From positions 1-43,602 of IMG/VR virus record IMGVR_UViG_2541047812_000007: a stretch of 43,602 nt of DNA; one strand, given 5' to 3'. Position numbers and translations under genes: made by a program. The DNA comes from a virus. Its lineage: Duplodnaviria > Heunggongvirae > Uroviricota > Caudoviricetes. Under the pieces are notes generated by a model. It was not told the origin of the DNA. It ran no database searches and saw only the letters and a list, made by a program, of their open reading frames with translations. Every line of letters begins with the position of its first letter. The first letter of the stretch is position 1. Shown here in pieces: positions 18,255-27,287 of the stretch.

Positions 18255-20725
18255 CAGAATCCCCCAACAGTAAGGCGAGGAATAACGGCAAGAACAGACA
18301 GCGGCAACGGATCAAGCTGACGGATTTTTACACGTCCGTTTTTGCCCCAGTTACTGTCCAGTTTCACTTCTACTTTTCCGGTAGCATCATCAACAGGATC
18401 ATCGTAGAACTCGAATTCACGCTGTGGATATTCGTACCATTTACCGCCGGGCGTAGTCGCCCAGATGCCGCGACTGGCATTCACAACCAGAGTAACGGAC
18501 GGGATCACCTGTTTTTTGTCCAGCAGCGTTTCCTGTCCGTTAATGTTGATATCCAGTGTTTCGAATTCAGCAGTTATTGGCAGGCCGATGTGCACAACAG
18601 CCCCAGGTGATTCCAGCGTGACGGCACCTCCGGAAACCACTTTCTGTGGTTCCACGTTCGCATCAGAGAGGATGTTTACGGTCTGGCCTTCAAGATGAGA
18701 CAAGCCGCCAAATGTCCGGCGCGCCATCTGCCAGTTCGTGGTGGCCACATTCCTGAGGGATGGCGGGACGTTCCTGTTAGCACGAACCACTACAGCGGTA
18801 TTGCTGGTTACAGAAATAATGTCGCAACGTAATTCTTTTGACACCTCATCGCCAGTATCAGGATCAGTTCCGGTATAAGGGAACTGTAGTTGCGCGCCGA
18901 CATCACTACTGGTGAAGTACGCACCACCAGAAACACTGATTGTATATTCCGCGCGGTAATCCCATTCGCCAGAACCACCAGTGATGGTCATCGTTCTGTC
19001 AGACGTATTTCTTCCATCATAGCTAAGGCCAGAATCAACAAAGAAAGCATCTTCATCGCTGGTAAATAAACGGCTGGACAGTCGCTCGATGTATCTCACT
19101 GTTTGCCCGTTAACGGTTCGGTTAATGACGAAATACACCGCATCTTCATTGCCTTCGCTGATACTGCATGTGCTTTCATATTTTCCGGTACTGGACTGTG
19201 GTGCCCATGCAAAAACCTGTTGATCACGCAGATAGGTCATCACCAGTAATTTACCGTCATCACGAATGCAGAAGGCGCTGGAGTAAGGGACAATAGAGAA
19301 GCACCAGTCAACAATGCTGTGCTTCTGAAAAAGATGATTGGCAAGGATAGTAAGGTCGTTCCCCTGATAGCCGTCAACATCGAATGAATAGGCCAGATCA
19401 CGGACAACACTGCCTTTCTCCTGGACGAACAGAGCAATATTCGCCACGGCAATTGGTGGGACGTTGCTTGAGCCATTTGATCCCTGAGAGCTGAATGCAA
19501 ATGATGATGGGGTTAACACTTTGTTCTGGTCGCCGGTGATGACGTACTCACCTCCGGAAGTCAGCGCCACCAGCGAACCAACATCAATCAGGTGGCGGAT
19601 CTCATTAACCTGACGCCCGGCATAGGTGTAGATAATTCTATCGTCATCCTGCGTAGGATTGCTTTTGCCAAAATCCTTATAATCCCCAGTACGGCTGGCC
19701 CAGATAGTCTGAGGGAACGCAGTCGATGCGGCGAAGTAAAGACGCTGTTGATAATAAACAACAGTGCCAGGATAACCATTAACACTGTTCCAGGCATATT
19801 TAGCCCATTTATAGCTGGCATTATCCTCGCCAACGACCTGCGAAGGGATATAGGAAATCACCTCAGCAGTTGCAGTAGTGCCATTTACAGCAGTTATACG
19901 GGCAATGCCAAAACCACTGTGCAGATACTCCCACTCAATGCCAGTATCATCATCACCGGAGCCTCCCCAGCCATCCCATGATGTGCCTTCTGTATGCGAA
20001 GGGCGCAAAGTGCCTGTTTTGCCTGCTGTAACGGCGCGATAGTAGTTACTGTCTGCACGGCGAATATCGCCAATCGACGTACTCTTACTGGTTTCCCATA
20101 CCGGTACTGAATCCACTGCTGGCTGTTCCAGATAGAACAATTTGCCTACCTGCTCCGCGCCAAAAATAGAGGCGCTTGCCGTTAACGTAATTGTCCCGGT
20201 GCTGGCGCTGGCATAAACCGTCACTGACTCGTCAATATTGATATCTTCAAATGGCCCGTTCTTCGTTACCACATCAACCAGTTGCCAGTTGTCATGCGCA
20301 TAGCGGCGCAACTCTTTCGGCGGGTATGCCGGATGAACCAGCGTAAGCACGTCTGCGCTTTGCGTGAATTTAATTCTGAACAGATCGGCTTCAGTATATG
20401 GCGTGGCAATTTCATAAATAACATTGCTGCTGTTCAGCACCAACGCACCATCTTTGATAACGCGCATGTACTGGTGTCCGAACTCCAGAGCATAAGTCTG
20501 AACCGTCGAGAACTGGAACGGGATCAGGCGGCATTTCCGATTTGGGTATTTGGCGGCACCGACAAAACGCGTACCAGGTCGACTCTCAACGCCGCCATAC
20601 TGCCGCACGATAAAGTTATCGCACTTGCGCAATGCCACCTGGTACTTCGCCATGTCGATACGACCGTACAACGACGGTCCAATCTCACCACCGGCAAAGC
20701 TGGGCTGGATCCAACTGATAGCCAT
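18254..20725 (-). CDS. Tail tubular protein B-like (nozzle)
   Basis: 823 aa; N-terminal pattern loosely resembles T7 gp12; follows the gp11-like gene. Confidence 0.6.
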   Translation of the reverse strand: MAISWIQPSFAGGEIGPSLYGRIDMAKYQVALRKCDNFIVRQYGGVESRPGTRFVGAAKYPNRKCRLIPFQFSTVQTYALEFGHQYMRVIKDGALVLNSSNVIYEIATPYTEADLFRIKFTQSADVLTLVHPAYPPKELRRYAHDNWQLVDVVTKNGPFEDINIDESVTVYASASTGTITLTASASIFGAEQVGKLFYLEQPAVDSVPVWETSKSTSIGDIRRADSNYYRAVTAGKTGTLRPSHTEGTSWDGWGGSGDDDTGIEWEYLHSGFGIARITAVNGTTATAEVISYIPSQVVGEDNASYKWAKYAWNSVNGYPGTVVYYQQRLYFAASTAFPQTIWASRTGDYKDFGKSNPTQDDDRIIYTYAGRQVNEIRHLIDVGSLVALTSGGEYVITGDQNKVLTPSSFAFSSQGSNGSSNVPPIAVANIALFVQEKGSVVRDLAYSFDVDGYQGNDLTILANHLFQKHSIVDWCFSIVPYSSAFCIRDDGKLLVMTYLRDQQVFAWAPQSSTGKYESTCSISEGNEDAVYFVINRTVNGQTVRYIERLSSRLFTSDEDAFFVDSGLSYDGRNTSDRTMTITGGSGEWDYRAEYTISVSGGAYFTSSDVGAQLQFPYTGTDPDTGDEVSKELRCDIISVTSNTAVVVRANRNVPPSLRNVATTNWQMARRTFGGLSHLEGQTVNILSDANVEPQKVVSGGAVTLESPGAVVHIGLPITAEFETLDININGQETLLDKKQVIPSVTLVVNASRGIWATTPGGKWYEYPQREFEFYDDPVDDATGKVEVKLDSNWGKNGRVKIRQLDPLPLSVLAVIPRLTVGGF

Positions 20726-21330
20726 CAGGACAACCTCGCAATGGTAAACTCGTCAACCGGTGGCTGTGGTTCCTGTGATTCATTCTGGCTATGCGAGCCA
20801 GCACTAAGAATCACGCGATTGTACATATTGAGGGCAAACGTACCGAGGTCTGCATTCCCAGTCAGCGCCATGTTAATAGCTGCCGCAAGACGCCAGGCCA
20901 ACGCCTCCATAAAAATGGCATCAAACATGTTCACATCTGTAACGCGAGAGACATACTTGAGCCATGCCTGAGGCTGGTCTGTGTAGATCAACTTTCCTGT
21001 TCCGTTGGTGTCTACACCTACTTCGTACTGAACGCGCATTGCTGCTGTTGGATTGCGTACACCAGGAAGCATAATTTCAGTAATGCGCAGACAATCGGAC
21101 GGGTACTGATACGCATATTCCCAGTCAGGCGGTGGATTGCTCGTATCTGCAAGCGCCACGCGTTTGGTAGCAAAGTTCCAGTCAAAATCAGAAAGCACAG
21201 CATCACGGCAGGCCTCAAAGTGCAGCGAACATTCCCCCGCTTCCTTGCTGGCTTCCGTCAGGCTGTTAATGCTGCGGCTGTTGCCAATATTGGACAGCGC
21301 ACGATTGCAGATCTCTACTACAGAGGCCAT
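20725..21330 (-). CDS. Tail tubular protein A-like (adaptor)
   Basis: 201 aa; N-terminus (VVEICNRALSNIGNSRSINSLTEA) resembles the T7 gp11 N-terminal pattern. Confidence 0.55.
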   Translation of the reverse strand: MASVVEICNRALSNIGNSRSINSLTEASKEAGECSLHFEACRDAVLSDFDWNFATKRVALADTSNPPPDWEYAYQYPSDCLRITEIMLPGVRNPTAAMRVQYEVGVDTNGTGKLIYTDQPQAWLKYVSRVTDVNMFDAIFMEALAWRLAAAINMALTGNADLGTFALNMYNRVILSAGSHSQNESQEPQPPVDEFTIARLS

Positions 21331-21345
21331 AAGTTTCTATACTCC

Positions 21346-21370
21346 TGCAATAAAGGGGCCGAAGCCCCTT
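21346..21370 (-). terminator. Hairpin plus U-tract between head and tail genes
   Basis: Minus-strand GGGGC-ttcg-GCCCC followed by TTTATT; comparable in position to T7 T-phi. Confidence 0.45.
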
Positions 21371-21386
21371 GTCTGATTCGCGAGGC

Positions 21387-21731
21387 TTACACGCCCAGTT
21401 CTTTACGCTTATCTGCGATCTTCTCGCGGAGCGTTTCGGCTTTGGCGTTATGGTGTGGCTTCTCGTTAAAGAGCAATTCGTACTCTTCACGGAGCTTATC
21501 CAGTTCACCATCATCTGACACATCGTTGATGATTTTGGTGCTGGTTGCTGCCATAGACACCTTTCCTGCTACCTTTGCTTTTGCCTGTCTGGCTGCATCG
21601 TTAACAGGTTCCAGTGCGCTACCAGGCTCACCTTCGTATTCGATTTCTGCCCCCTCCGGCCACAGTGTGTTATGGATATGAGAGAGGCGCAGAACGCGGT
21701 ATCTTGGTTTCTCACCTGACATCGATATCAC
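21387..21731 (-). CDS. Hypothetical virion-module protein (114 aa)
   Basis: ORF in the structural operon; charged. Confidence 0.5.
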   Translation of the reverse strand: MISMSGEKPRYRVLRLSHIHNTLWPEGAEIEYEGEPGSALEPVNDAARQAKAKVAGKVSMAATSTKIINDVSDDGELDKLREEYELLFNEKPHHNAKAETLREKIADKRKELGV

Positions 21732-21732
21732 C

Positions 21733-22170
21733 TTAACCAGTTACTTTTGAGCGGATCGGATACGGCGTATTGGCATCAACATCAAGATTGATACCCGCAG
21801 TGAATTTGCCAGCCGTTAGTGGGCCAGTTGCGACGGAGTAGTTAACACGCAGATATCGCTGAACACCGGCTGGCACCTTTGCAGAAACAACTCGCTTACC
21901 TGCTGTCAGGGTGGCCTTTGCCAGTGCGCCACTATCATAAATAGTGGTCCATGAGCTGTTATTCTCACTCGTCTGCAACTGGATGTTTACAGTTGCCTCA
22001 CCACTTGCCGTGGCGGCTTCGTTAACCAGCACCCAAAACTCAAGCGGGTAACCCACGCCGATATCACGACGTTTTCCGTCAATTGGACCGAGATCGATTA
22101 CGTCAGTAGAAGCCGCGGTATTCGTAACCGCCTGAGCTTCGGAGAACATCAACAGTTTGTCGGTGATCAT
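21733..22170 (-). CDS. Putative capsid decoration/accessory protein (145 aa)
   Basis: Immediately downstream of the major capsid gene; Thr/Ala-rich; assignment is by position only. Confidence 0.45.
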   Translation of the reverse strand: MITDKLLMFSEAQAVTNTAASTDVIDLGPIDGKRRDIGVGYPLEFWVLVNEAATASGEATVNIQLQTSENNSSWTTIYDSGALAKATLTAGKRVVSAKVPAGVQRYLRVNYSVATGPLTAGKFTAGINLDVDANTPYPIRSKVTG

Positions 22171-22221
22171 CTTCTTTCTCCATTAGTGGGTCTGTTACGA
22201 CCCACAGGTTAATAACAGGCG

Positions 22222-23208
22222 TTACACCACGCGGGCTTCTGTTTCCAGAAGCGCATCAGTTTCACGGATTGGTACACCACGGAATGAAGTCCACCACTCG
22301 CCTTCAGTCTCTTTTACGCTGATAGCCAGAGATGTTTTCTCCAGAGACTGCAGATCAAGAGCCTGGCCTACAGTGCGGTTCATGTAGAACACCGGGCGGC
22401 CCATGCCACGGTTTGGAATGCGATGTAGTGCTTTAACCATCAACTTCGCAATATTTGCGGCAGAGGAAGGTTCTGAAAGATTGCTGACATCGATATTTGC
22501 AATGCGAACAACATAACGCCAGTCACGCAGAGAAAGTCCGTTATCCCATTTGTAATGGGTACGATAGCCTTCGTACTTGCCGCCATTAGCATCTTCCAGT
22601 GTCACCTGGCCTTTATCTTCCATCTGGATGCCAGCCTTCTGCCCTTTCGGGAAGATGCCATGCACGGTGTTTTCGCCCCACACCACTAACCAGATTGAGG
22701 TGTTATCTGTACCCGTGCCACCAGCATCAATGATGTTCTGAGCATTACCCGCAGACAGGCTGGAATAGCGGGAGGACAGTCCCATAAACTGCTGAGGGTT
22801 AACGCTGGAATCACCATAAAACAGCGTCTGCGCCATCTGCTGATTCATCGCTTCAATAAATGCGCGGTCTTCAGACAGGCGGAATTCGGCGGTATTGCCG
22901 TTCAGATCAGCCAGTGACTTATCGACTTCAGCATAGGTTTCCAACATACCAATGGAATCGGTGACCTGCACTGTGGTTGATTTGCTTGGTTGTACACCAT
23001 AGTTCAACAAACGCCAGGTAGCTGAAGGTAAACCAGAACGAATGGTGGTTTTGTGTCCGGTAGGAAGGTTCCCTTCGACAAAAGGCATATCCTGAAGGAT
23101 CGGGTTAGTTTGACCGAGAAGCTCGATAATCTTATCGACTTTCCCATCTTTATCGACGCGCTTACCCCAGTCAGCCAGCGTTAGCGCAGTTAAGCCTTTA
23201 ACAGCCAT
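22222..23208 (-). CDS. Major capsid protein
   Basis: 328 aa directly downstream of scaffold and portal in the canonical order. Confidence 0.8.
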   Translation of the reverse strand: MAVKGLTALTLADWGKRVDKDGKVDKIIELLGQTNPILQDMPFVEGNLPTGHKTTIRSGLPSATWRLLNYGVQPSKSTTVQVTDSIGMLETYAEVDKSLADLNGNTAEFRLSEDRAFIEAMNQQMAQTLFYGDSSVNPQQFMGLSSRYSSLSAGNAQNIIDAGGTGTDNTSIWLVVWGENTVHGIFPKGQKAGIQMEDKGQVTLEDANGGKYEGYRTHYKWDNGLSLRDWRYVVRIANIDVSNLSEPSSAANIAKLMVKALHRIPNRGMGRPVFYMNRTVGQALDLQSLEKTSLAISVKETEGEWWTSFRGVPIRETDALLETEARVV

Positions 23209-23222
23209 TGTTATTTCCTCTC

Positions 23223-23924
23223 TTATTTGCCATAGAGCACTTCGGCCGCACTACGCTGGCCTTCATTACCACCGGTGACCATGCCATCCTCAGACATCGC
23301 CTTTCCGATTTTCACGAACGTTTTGACCAGATCAGGGTGATTACCCAGTCCGGTGGTGTTCAGATATTCTTTGAGTTCAGGTGTCCCGAACTGGTCAAGC
23401 GCACGCTGTGCGGCGCTAAGGTTAGAAATCAACTTGTCGCCACCGATTTCTTTGTCAGCTTTTACATCCGCAGCCCACTGCTCGGTTGTTTTCTGCCAGG
23501 CTTCTGCCTGGCGCTGCTGAACACCTGCCAGAATCTTCGGATAAGCATCAACCAGCTTTTGCGCTTGCTCGTTGGTCAGGTTAAGTTCTCGCGCCACCGG
23601 CTCGAATTCCTTCAACGCTTCTGTATCCAGCTCTACGCCTTCGGCTGCCTGAAACTCGTACTTCTCAGGCGCACCCTCTGGTTTATCGCCGTCCTTTTTT
23701 TCATCCTGCTTATCGTTTTCAGGCTTTTTGTCATCAGCAGGTTTATCGCCATCAGCAACAAGTTGTGGCTTATCACCTTCCTGTTGTGATGGATCACCAA
23801 CTGGAGCAGGGTTATCACCTGCAGGCGCTGACGGTTCTGACGCAGCCGGAGCTGCTCCACCATCGACTGGTTGCTCATTGCAAAGACGGCGATACAGCAA
23901 ACGCTCAAATAAATTCATGATCAC
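23223..23924 (-). CDS. Scaffolding protein
   Basis: Acidic, Pro/Ala/Asp/Lys-rich 233-aa protein between portal and capsid genes. Confidence 0.7.
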   Translation of the reverse strand: MIMNLFERLLYRRLCNEQPVDGGAAPAASEPSAPAGDNPAPVGDPSQQEGDKPQLVADGDKPADDKKPENDKQDEKKDGDKPEGAPEKYEFQAAEGVELDTEALKEFEPVARELNLTNEQAQKLVDAYPKILAGVQQRQAEAWQKTTEQWAADVKADKEIGGDKLISNLSAAQRALDQFGTPELKEYLNTTGLGNHPDLVKTFVKIGKAMSEDGMVTGGNEGQRSAAEVLYGK

Positions 23925-24217
23925 TCCTGTTCACTGGCCTCTTTGGCCATCTTCAAATACTGTTCAGGGCAATGCGCCATAACGCGCTGAAACAGTTCCA
24001 GCGCCAGATTGCGTTGCCCCTCATTAAATGCCATTGCCATAGCGTCCATCGGTGAGATAGCGGAAAACACACGGCCTTTCTCCAGCACCGACCAGACAAC
24101 GCGACGCCCCTGTTCACTGCTCATGACAAAGCGAATGTCATCAATTTCACGCTGCGCCATGTCACGTTGCTTACGGGCGTTTTCTTCTTTCAGTTGATCG
24201 TCTTCGTAATCTGTCAT
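23921..24217 (-). CDS. Hypothetical protein (98 aa) between portal and scaffold
   Basis: ORF with 4-nt overlaps on both sides. Confidence 0.5.
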   Translation of the reverse strand: MTDYEDDQLKEENARKQRDMAQREIDDIRFVMSSEQGRRVVWSVLEKGRVFSAISPMDAMAMAFNEGQRNLALELFQRVMAHCPEQYLKMAKEASEQE

Positions 24218-25893
24218 TGTGATTGCCCACCCTGACCACTAACTGCATTCGCCATAGCTGACAACACACTCGGATCCGAAGTTTTAGCTTCGCTTAGCGT
24301 CTTGGCCCCCTGTGCCGCCGCCATCCCCATCGCCATCATTTGTTGCTGCTGTTGCTGCTGTGCCCGTTGCTGGCGAGCCTGCTCAACCTGTTCCTGCGGA
24401 ACAATGACGGTTGGAGACACTCCGGACATATCAGCGAATGCATCGATCGCCTGATCAACGTTGAGTTTGTCGAGAGCTTCTGGTTTCGCTTGCGCAAGTT
24501 GACCAATGAAGTTAACCGTGGACGCCAGACTGGACAGGCCGATAGACTTCTGCGCCTGAGCCATGACGGAAATGTATTCGACCTTCAGGGGCATACCTTC
24601 CATCACGTCTGGCGGTGGCGGCAGCATGTTTTTACGCACCATCATCGAGAAAGAGCGGTCAATGAGAGGATTAAGACATTCGTCGTTCAGACGCTCCAGA
24701 ACCGGCCCCAACATCAGAAGTTTTTCTTCTTTCATTTCGATCACCGCTTCAACAGGCATCGAGCGGGTATTGATGTTCTGCAACATCATGAACAGATCGA
24801 CAAAGTAGGCGCTGTTAATGATTTGACGAGTGTCCTGAATGTCTGCCACCAAATCTGCTGTACTGGGGTTAACCAGATAAGCAGGCCTGAAACCATCCTG
24901 ACCAGTAATCTGATCGATATACGTGATGTCGCCAGGAAGAAGGGAGGCACGCTGATTCTTGAGGGAAGTCGGAGCAACCATCGGCGGATTGGTGGCTTTA
25001 TCAATCAACTGCGACTTGCGCTTCTGGAGAAGCTGCAATGCCTTAACAGGTCCAAGCGCCAGCATACCCGGGCATGATGATCCATAAACATCTTCGCCGT
25101 TAACTTCCCAGCGCGGAGCCATAATTGGAAACTCATCGAATCCGGACTCACGCAACAACTTGTCGTTATCGCCACAAACCTCGTAATAAACCGATTTGAA
25201 TGGCTTGTTCTTGCTATCCAGCTTCGATGTATCGCGGTCAATGTTCGGGTAAACCGAATGCATCACTTCAATCCACTTCTCGTAGGTTCCGCTTTCCCAC
25301 ATGCTTTTTACGGATTCGCTGACGTTATTTAGCCCGAACTCCTGAACAAGCTGACGAACAGTCATAGAGAACTTGCGAAAACAGGTGTCCACACTGCCAC
25401 GAGGTGAGTTAGCCAGGTAGTAACTGCCTATCGGGAATGGCATTGTGCGAATGATGTCCTCGTCATCCTCCAGCACCGCCATTGCACCAGTGCTGTATGT
25501 GCCGAGGCTTCCGTATAACTGCGGCAGCGACTGATAGAGATTCGACTTATTGAACATATCGTTCATGCGGTTCTGCACCGCCTCAAGCCACAACTTAACA
25601 GGGCCATAATCCATCATTTCAGGATCTGGCGTAGCCAGGCGAAACCACGGACGCGCGGGGCTTGTGATGCCTGACATCATGCCGCTGGCGAGAGTGCGCG
25701 CCGCCATAGTCCCGGTCGAATCAATAATGCGTGTATTGCGTCGATCGTTACGGTTGACCTCAGAAGTCAGAAAGCGGGAACCACGCGGGTTGATGTAATC
25801 ACTCAACTCGCGCCAGTGCGGCTCGAACGACTGACGCTCGCTTTCAAATTGTGCGAACTGTTTGTTCAATCGCTCTTTAGTTGTTTCCGCCAT
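24214..25893 (-). CDS. Portal protein, podovirus type
   Basis: 559 aa; Gln/Ala/Met-rich C-terminal tail like T7-type connectors; located between terminase and scaffold. Confidence 0.85.
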   Translation of the reverse strand: MAETTKERLNKQFAQFESERQSFEPHWRELSDYINPRGSRFLTSEVNRNDRRNTRIIDSTGTMAARTLASGMMSGITSPARPWFRLATPDPEMMDYGPVKLWLEAVQNRMNDMFNKSNLYQSLPQLYGSLGTYSTGAMAVLEDDEDIIRTMPFPIGSYYLANSPRGSVDTCFRKFSMTVRQLVQEFGLNNVSESVKSMWESGTYEKWIEVMHSVYPNIDRDTSKLDSKNKPFKSVYYEVCGDNDKLLRESGFDEFPIMAPRWEVNGEDVYGSSCPGMLALGPVKALQLLQKRKSQLIDKATNPPMVAPTSLKNQRASLLPGDITYIDQITGQDGFRPAYLVNPSTADLVADIQDTRQIINSAYFVDLFMMLQNINTRSMPVEAVIEMKEEKLLMLGPVLERLNDECLNPLIDRSFSMMVRKNMLPPPPDVMEGMPLKVEYISVMAQAQKSIGLSSLASTVNFIGQLAQAKPEALDKLNVDQAIDAFADMSGVSPTVIVPQEQVEQARQQRAQQQQQQQMMAMGMAAAQGAKTLSEAKTSDPSVLSAMANAVSGQGGQSQ

Positions 25894-25907
25894 TTCAATG
25901 ACTCCGG

Positions 25908-26114
25908 TTACTGACCAAGCAGCGTTTTACCGCTGGTATTAGCAGTTGATGTGTCGCCCTGAGAACCGGTAAGCAGCGTAGAACTACGACCAGCAGCAAC
26001 GCGACGGCGACGAGTTTCTTCGTCGCGGGCATCAACAACGGCGGCATCCTGCTCCTGTGGTGCTGCCTGAACTTCTGGTGTTGCAGGCACTGATGGTGAG
26101 CTACCCATGCACAT
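25908..26114 (-). CDS. Small low-complexity protein upstream of portal
   Basis: 68 aa with SD GGAG; could be non-coding. Confidence 0.35.
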   Translation of the reverse strand: MCMGSSPSVPATPEVQAAPQEQDAAVVDARDEETRRRRVAAGRSSTLLTGSQGDTSTANTSGKTLLGQ

Positions 26115-26204
26115 ATCAATGACTCCGTACGCAATTAAATTATTACCAATTTAACCACATATGATTTATTTATCGTAGACAGTTGACATTTAACGCGCGA
26201 ATTA

Positions 26205-26219
26205 TTACCTTTCAGGTAA
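26205..26219. promoter_or_regulatory. Palindromic operator-like site TTACCTTTCAGGTAA
   Basis: Identical to the 6611 site; 16 bp downstream of a TTGACA hexamer. Confidence 0.4.
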
Positions 26220-26541
26220 CCAAAGAGTTCATTCCGGTTACTAACCTGACTGGCTTGTCGTTAAATTGAACAGGTGGAGTGAGCTTTTATTTTGAGCAGT
26301 ACGGCGTATGGCACATGCGCCGATAGCGGTCTGGATGCGTTTAAGGGGCACCCTCCCTGGCTGTGGCAAACGAACCAGGTAGCCGGAATGTGCAAGTCGA
26401 GCGGTTTTATTCCGCGCACGGGGATTCACCATCCCGGCGATTCGGTGTGACGCCTCGGAAGAGACGAGGGTACAACGATGAGAGCATTTATGGAGCCGCG
26501 ACAAAGTGTGGCGCCTTAACAGGCTAAGTGCTCTCAGCGTT

Positions 26542-26618
26542 GTGGCATTAGCTCAGTTGGACAGAGCAACCGCCTTCTAAGCGGTTGGTCGCAGGTTCGA
26601 ATCCTGCATGCCACGCCA
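26542..26618 (+). tRNA. tRNA-Arg, anticodon UCU (reads AGA)
   Basis: 77-nt cloverleaf folded by hand: acceptor GTGGCAT/ATGCCAC, D-arm GCTC/GAGC, anticodon stem ACCGC/GCGGT with loop CTTCTAA, T-arm GCAGG-TTCGAAT-CCTGC, discriminator G, encoded CCA. Confidence 0.9.
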
Positions 26619-26787
26619 GAATCACGCCTAAGGACCGTGATGCCAGAAGTTCCAGGTGCTTGGCGGTGATGGTTTCCCTTGAAGGACTATCACCGCCCTT
26701 GCCCTTTTTACAGCAGGACGCCATTGCGATGACTTCATGCTGTAAACCAGTACAGCCACGGAAGGCATAACTCATTGCTTCCAGTTC

Positions 26788-26811
26788 GCCCGGTTCGCCG
26801 GGCATTTTTTT
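26788..26811 (+). terminator. Rho-independent terminator downstream of the tRNA
   Basis: GCCCGG-ttcg-CCGGGC followed by ATTTTTTT; a second hairpin with U-tract lies at 26662-26710. Confidence 0.7.
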
Positions 26812-26822
26812 AAGGTGAGATT

Positions 26823-27197
26823 ATGAACGACCAGCAAATCGAAAAAGAAATCGTTGAGAAAGGTAAAACGGCACCTCGTGTAACTCCTGAGAAAATTGAA
26901 GGTCTCATTTGCAGTGAGCATTTTTTTACTGCTGCGCAGGGGGATCATCAGGCTAAAGAAGATGACCTTATTTATAATCCAGAGCCTTATGTCGAAGCCA
27001 CCCCTGATGCTCTGCACCTTCTCACTTTCTGCGTCCTGGTGCTGCGCAACGGCTTCACCGTCACCGGAGAGAGCGCCTGTGCAAGCCCGGAAAACTTTGA
27101 TGCAGAAATTGGTCGGAAGATTGCCCGACAGAATGCTGTAAACAAAATCTGGATGCTTGAAGGTTACTTGCTGAAGCAGAAGTTAAGCGAGCAATAA
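26823..27197 (+). CDS. Hypothetical phage protein (124 aa), part of the plus-strand island
   Basis: SD AAGGTGAG before ATG; followed by a terminator; family not confidently recognised (possibly Gp49-like). Confidence 0.65.
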   Translation: MNDQQIEKEIVEKGKTAPRVTPEKIEGLICSEHFFTAAQGDHQAKEDDLIYNPEPYVEATPDALHLLTFCVLVLRNGFTVTGESACASPENFDAEIGRKIARQNAVNKIWMLEGYLLKQKLSEQ

Positions 27198-27217
27198 CAC
27201 CGTGACATATCACAAAC

Positions 27218-27245
27218 AGCCAGCCTATGAGCTGGCTTTGTTTTA
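27218..27245. terminator. Bidirectional hairpin between the island gene and terL
   Basis: AGCCAGC-ctatga-GCTGGCT with T-rich tracts on both sides. Confidence 0.5.
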
Positions 27246-27287
27246 TCCTCATCAGAGGATATCAACAACATTATCCCCTCAAGCGGA

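Noticed and set aside
20282-21681. Plus-strand ORFs 20282-20971 and 20791-21681 opposite the tail genes
   Set aside because: Fully antisense to well-supported structural genes, with no translation signals.
26542-26618. tRNA-Arg as the prophage integration target
   Set aside because: It lies in the middle of the element between terminase and portal, on the opposite strand to the flanking genes, and the integrase is 16 kb away at the window edge; it is phage cargo.
26241-26805. ORFs at 26241-26504 (-), 26548-26805 (-) and 26585-26770 (+) around the tRNA
   Set aside because: They overlap the tRNA, its terminators or the structured leader, lack ribosome-binding sites and have atypical composition.
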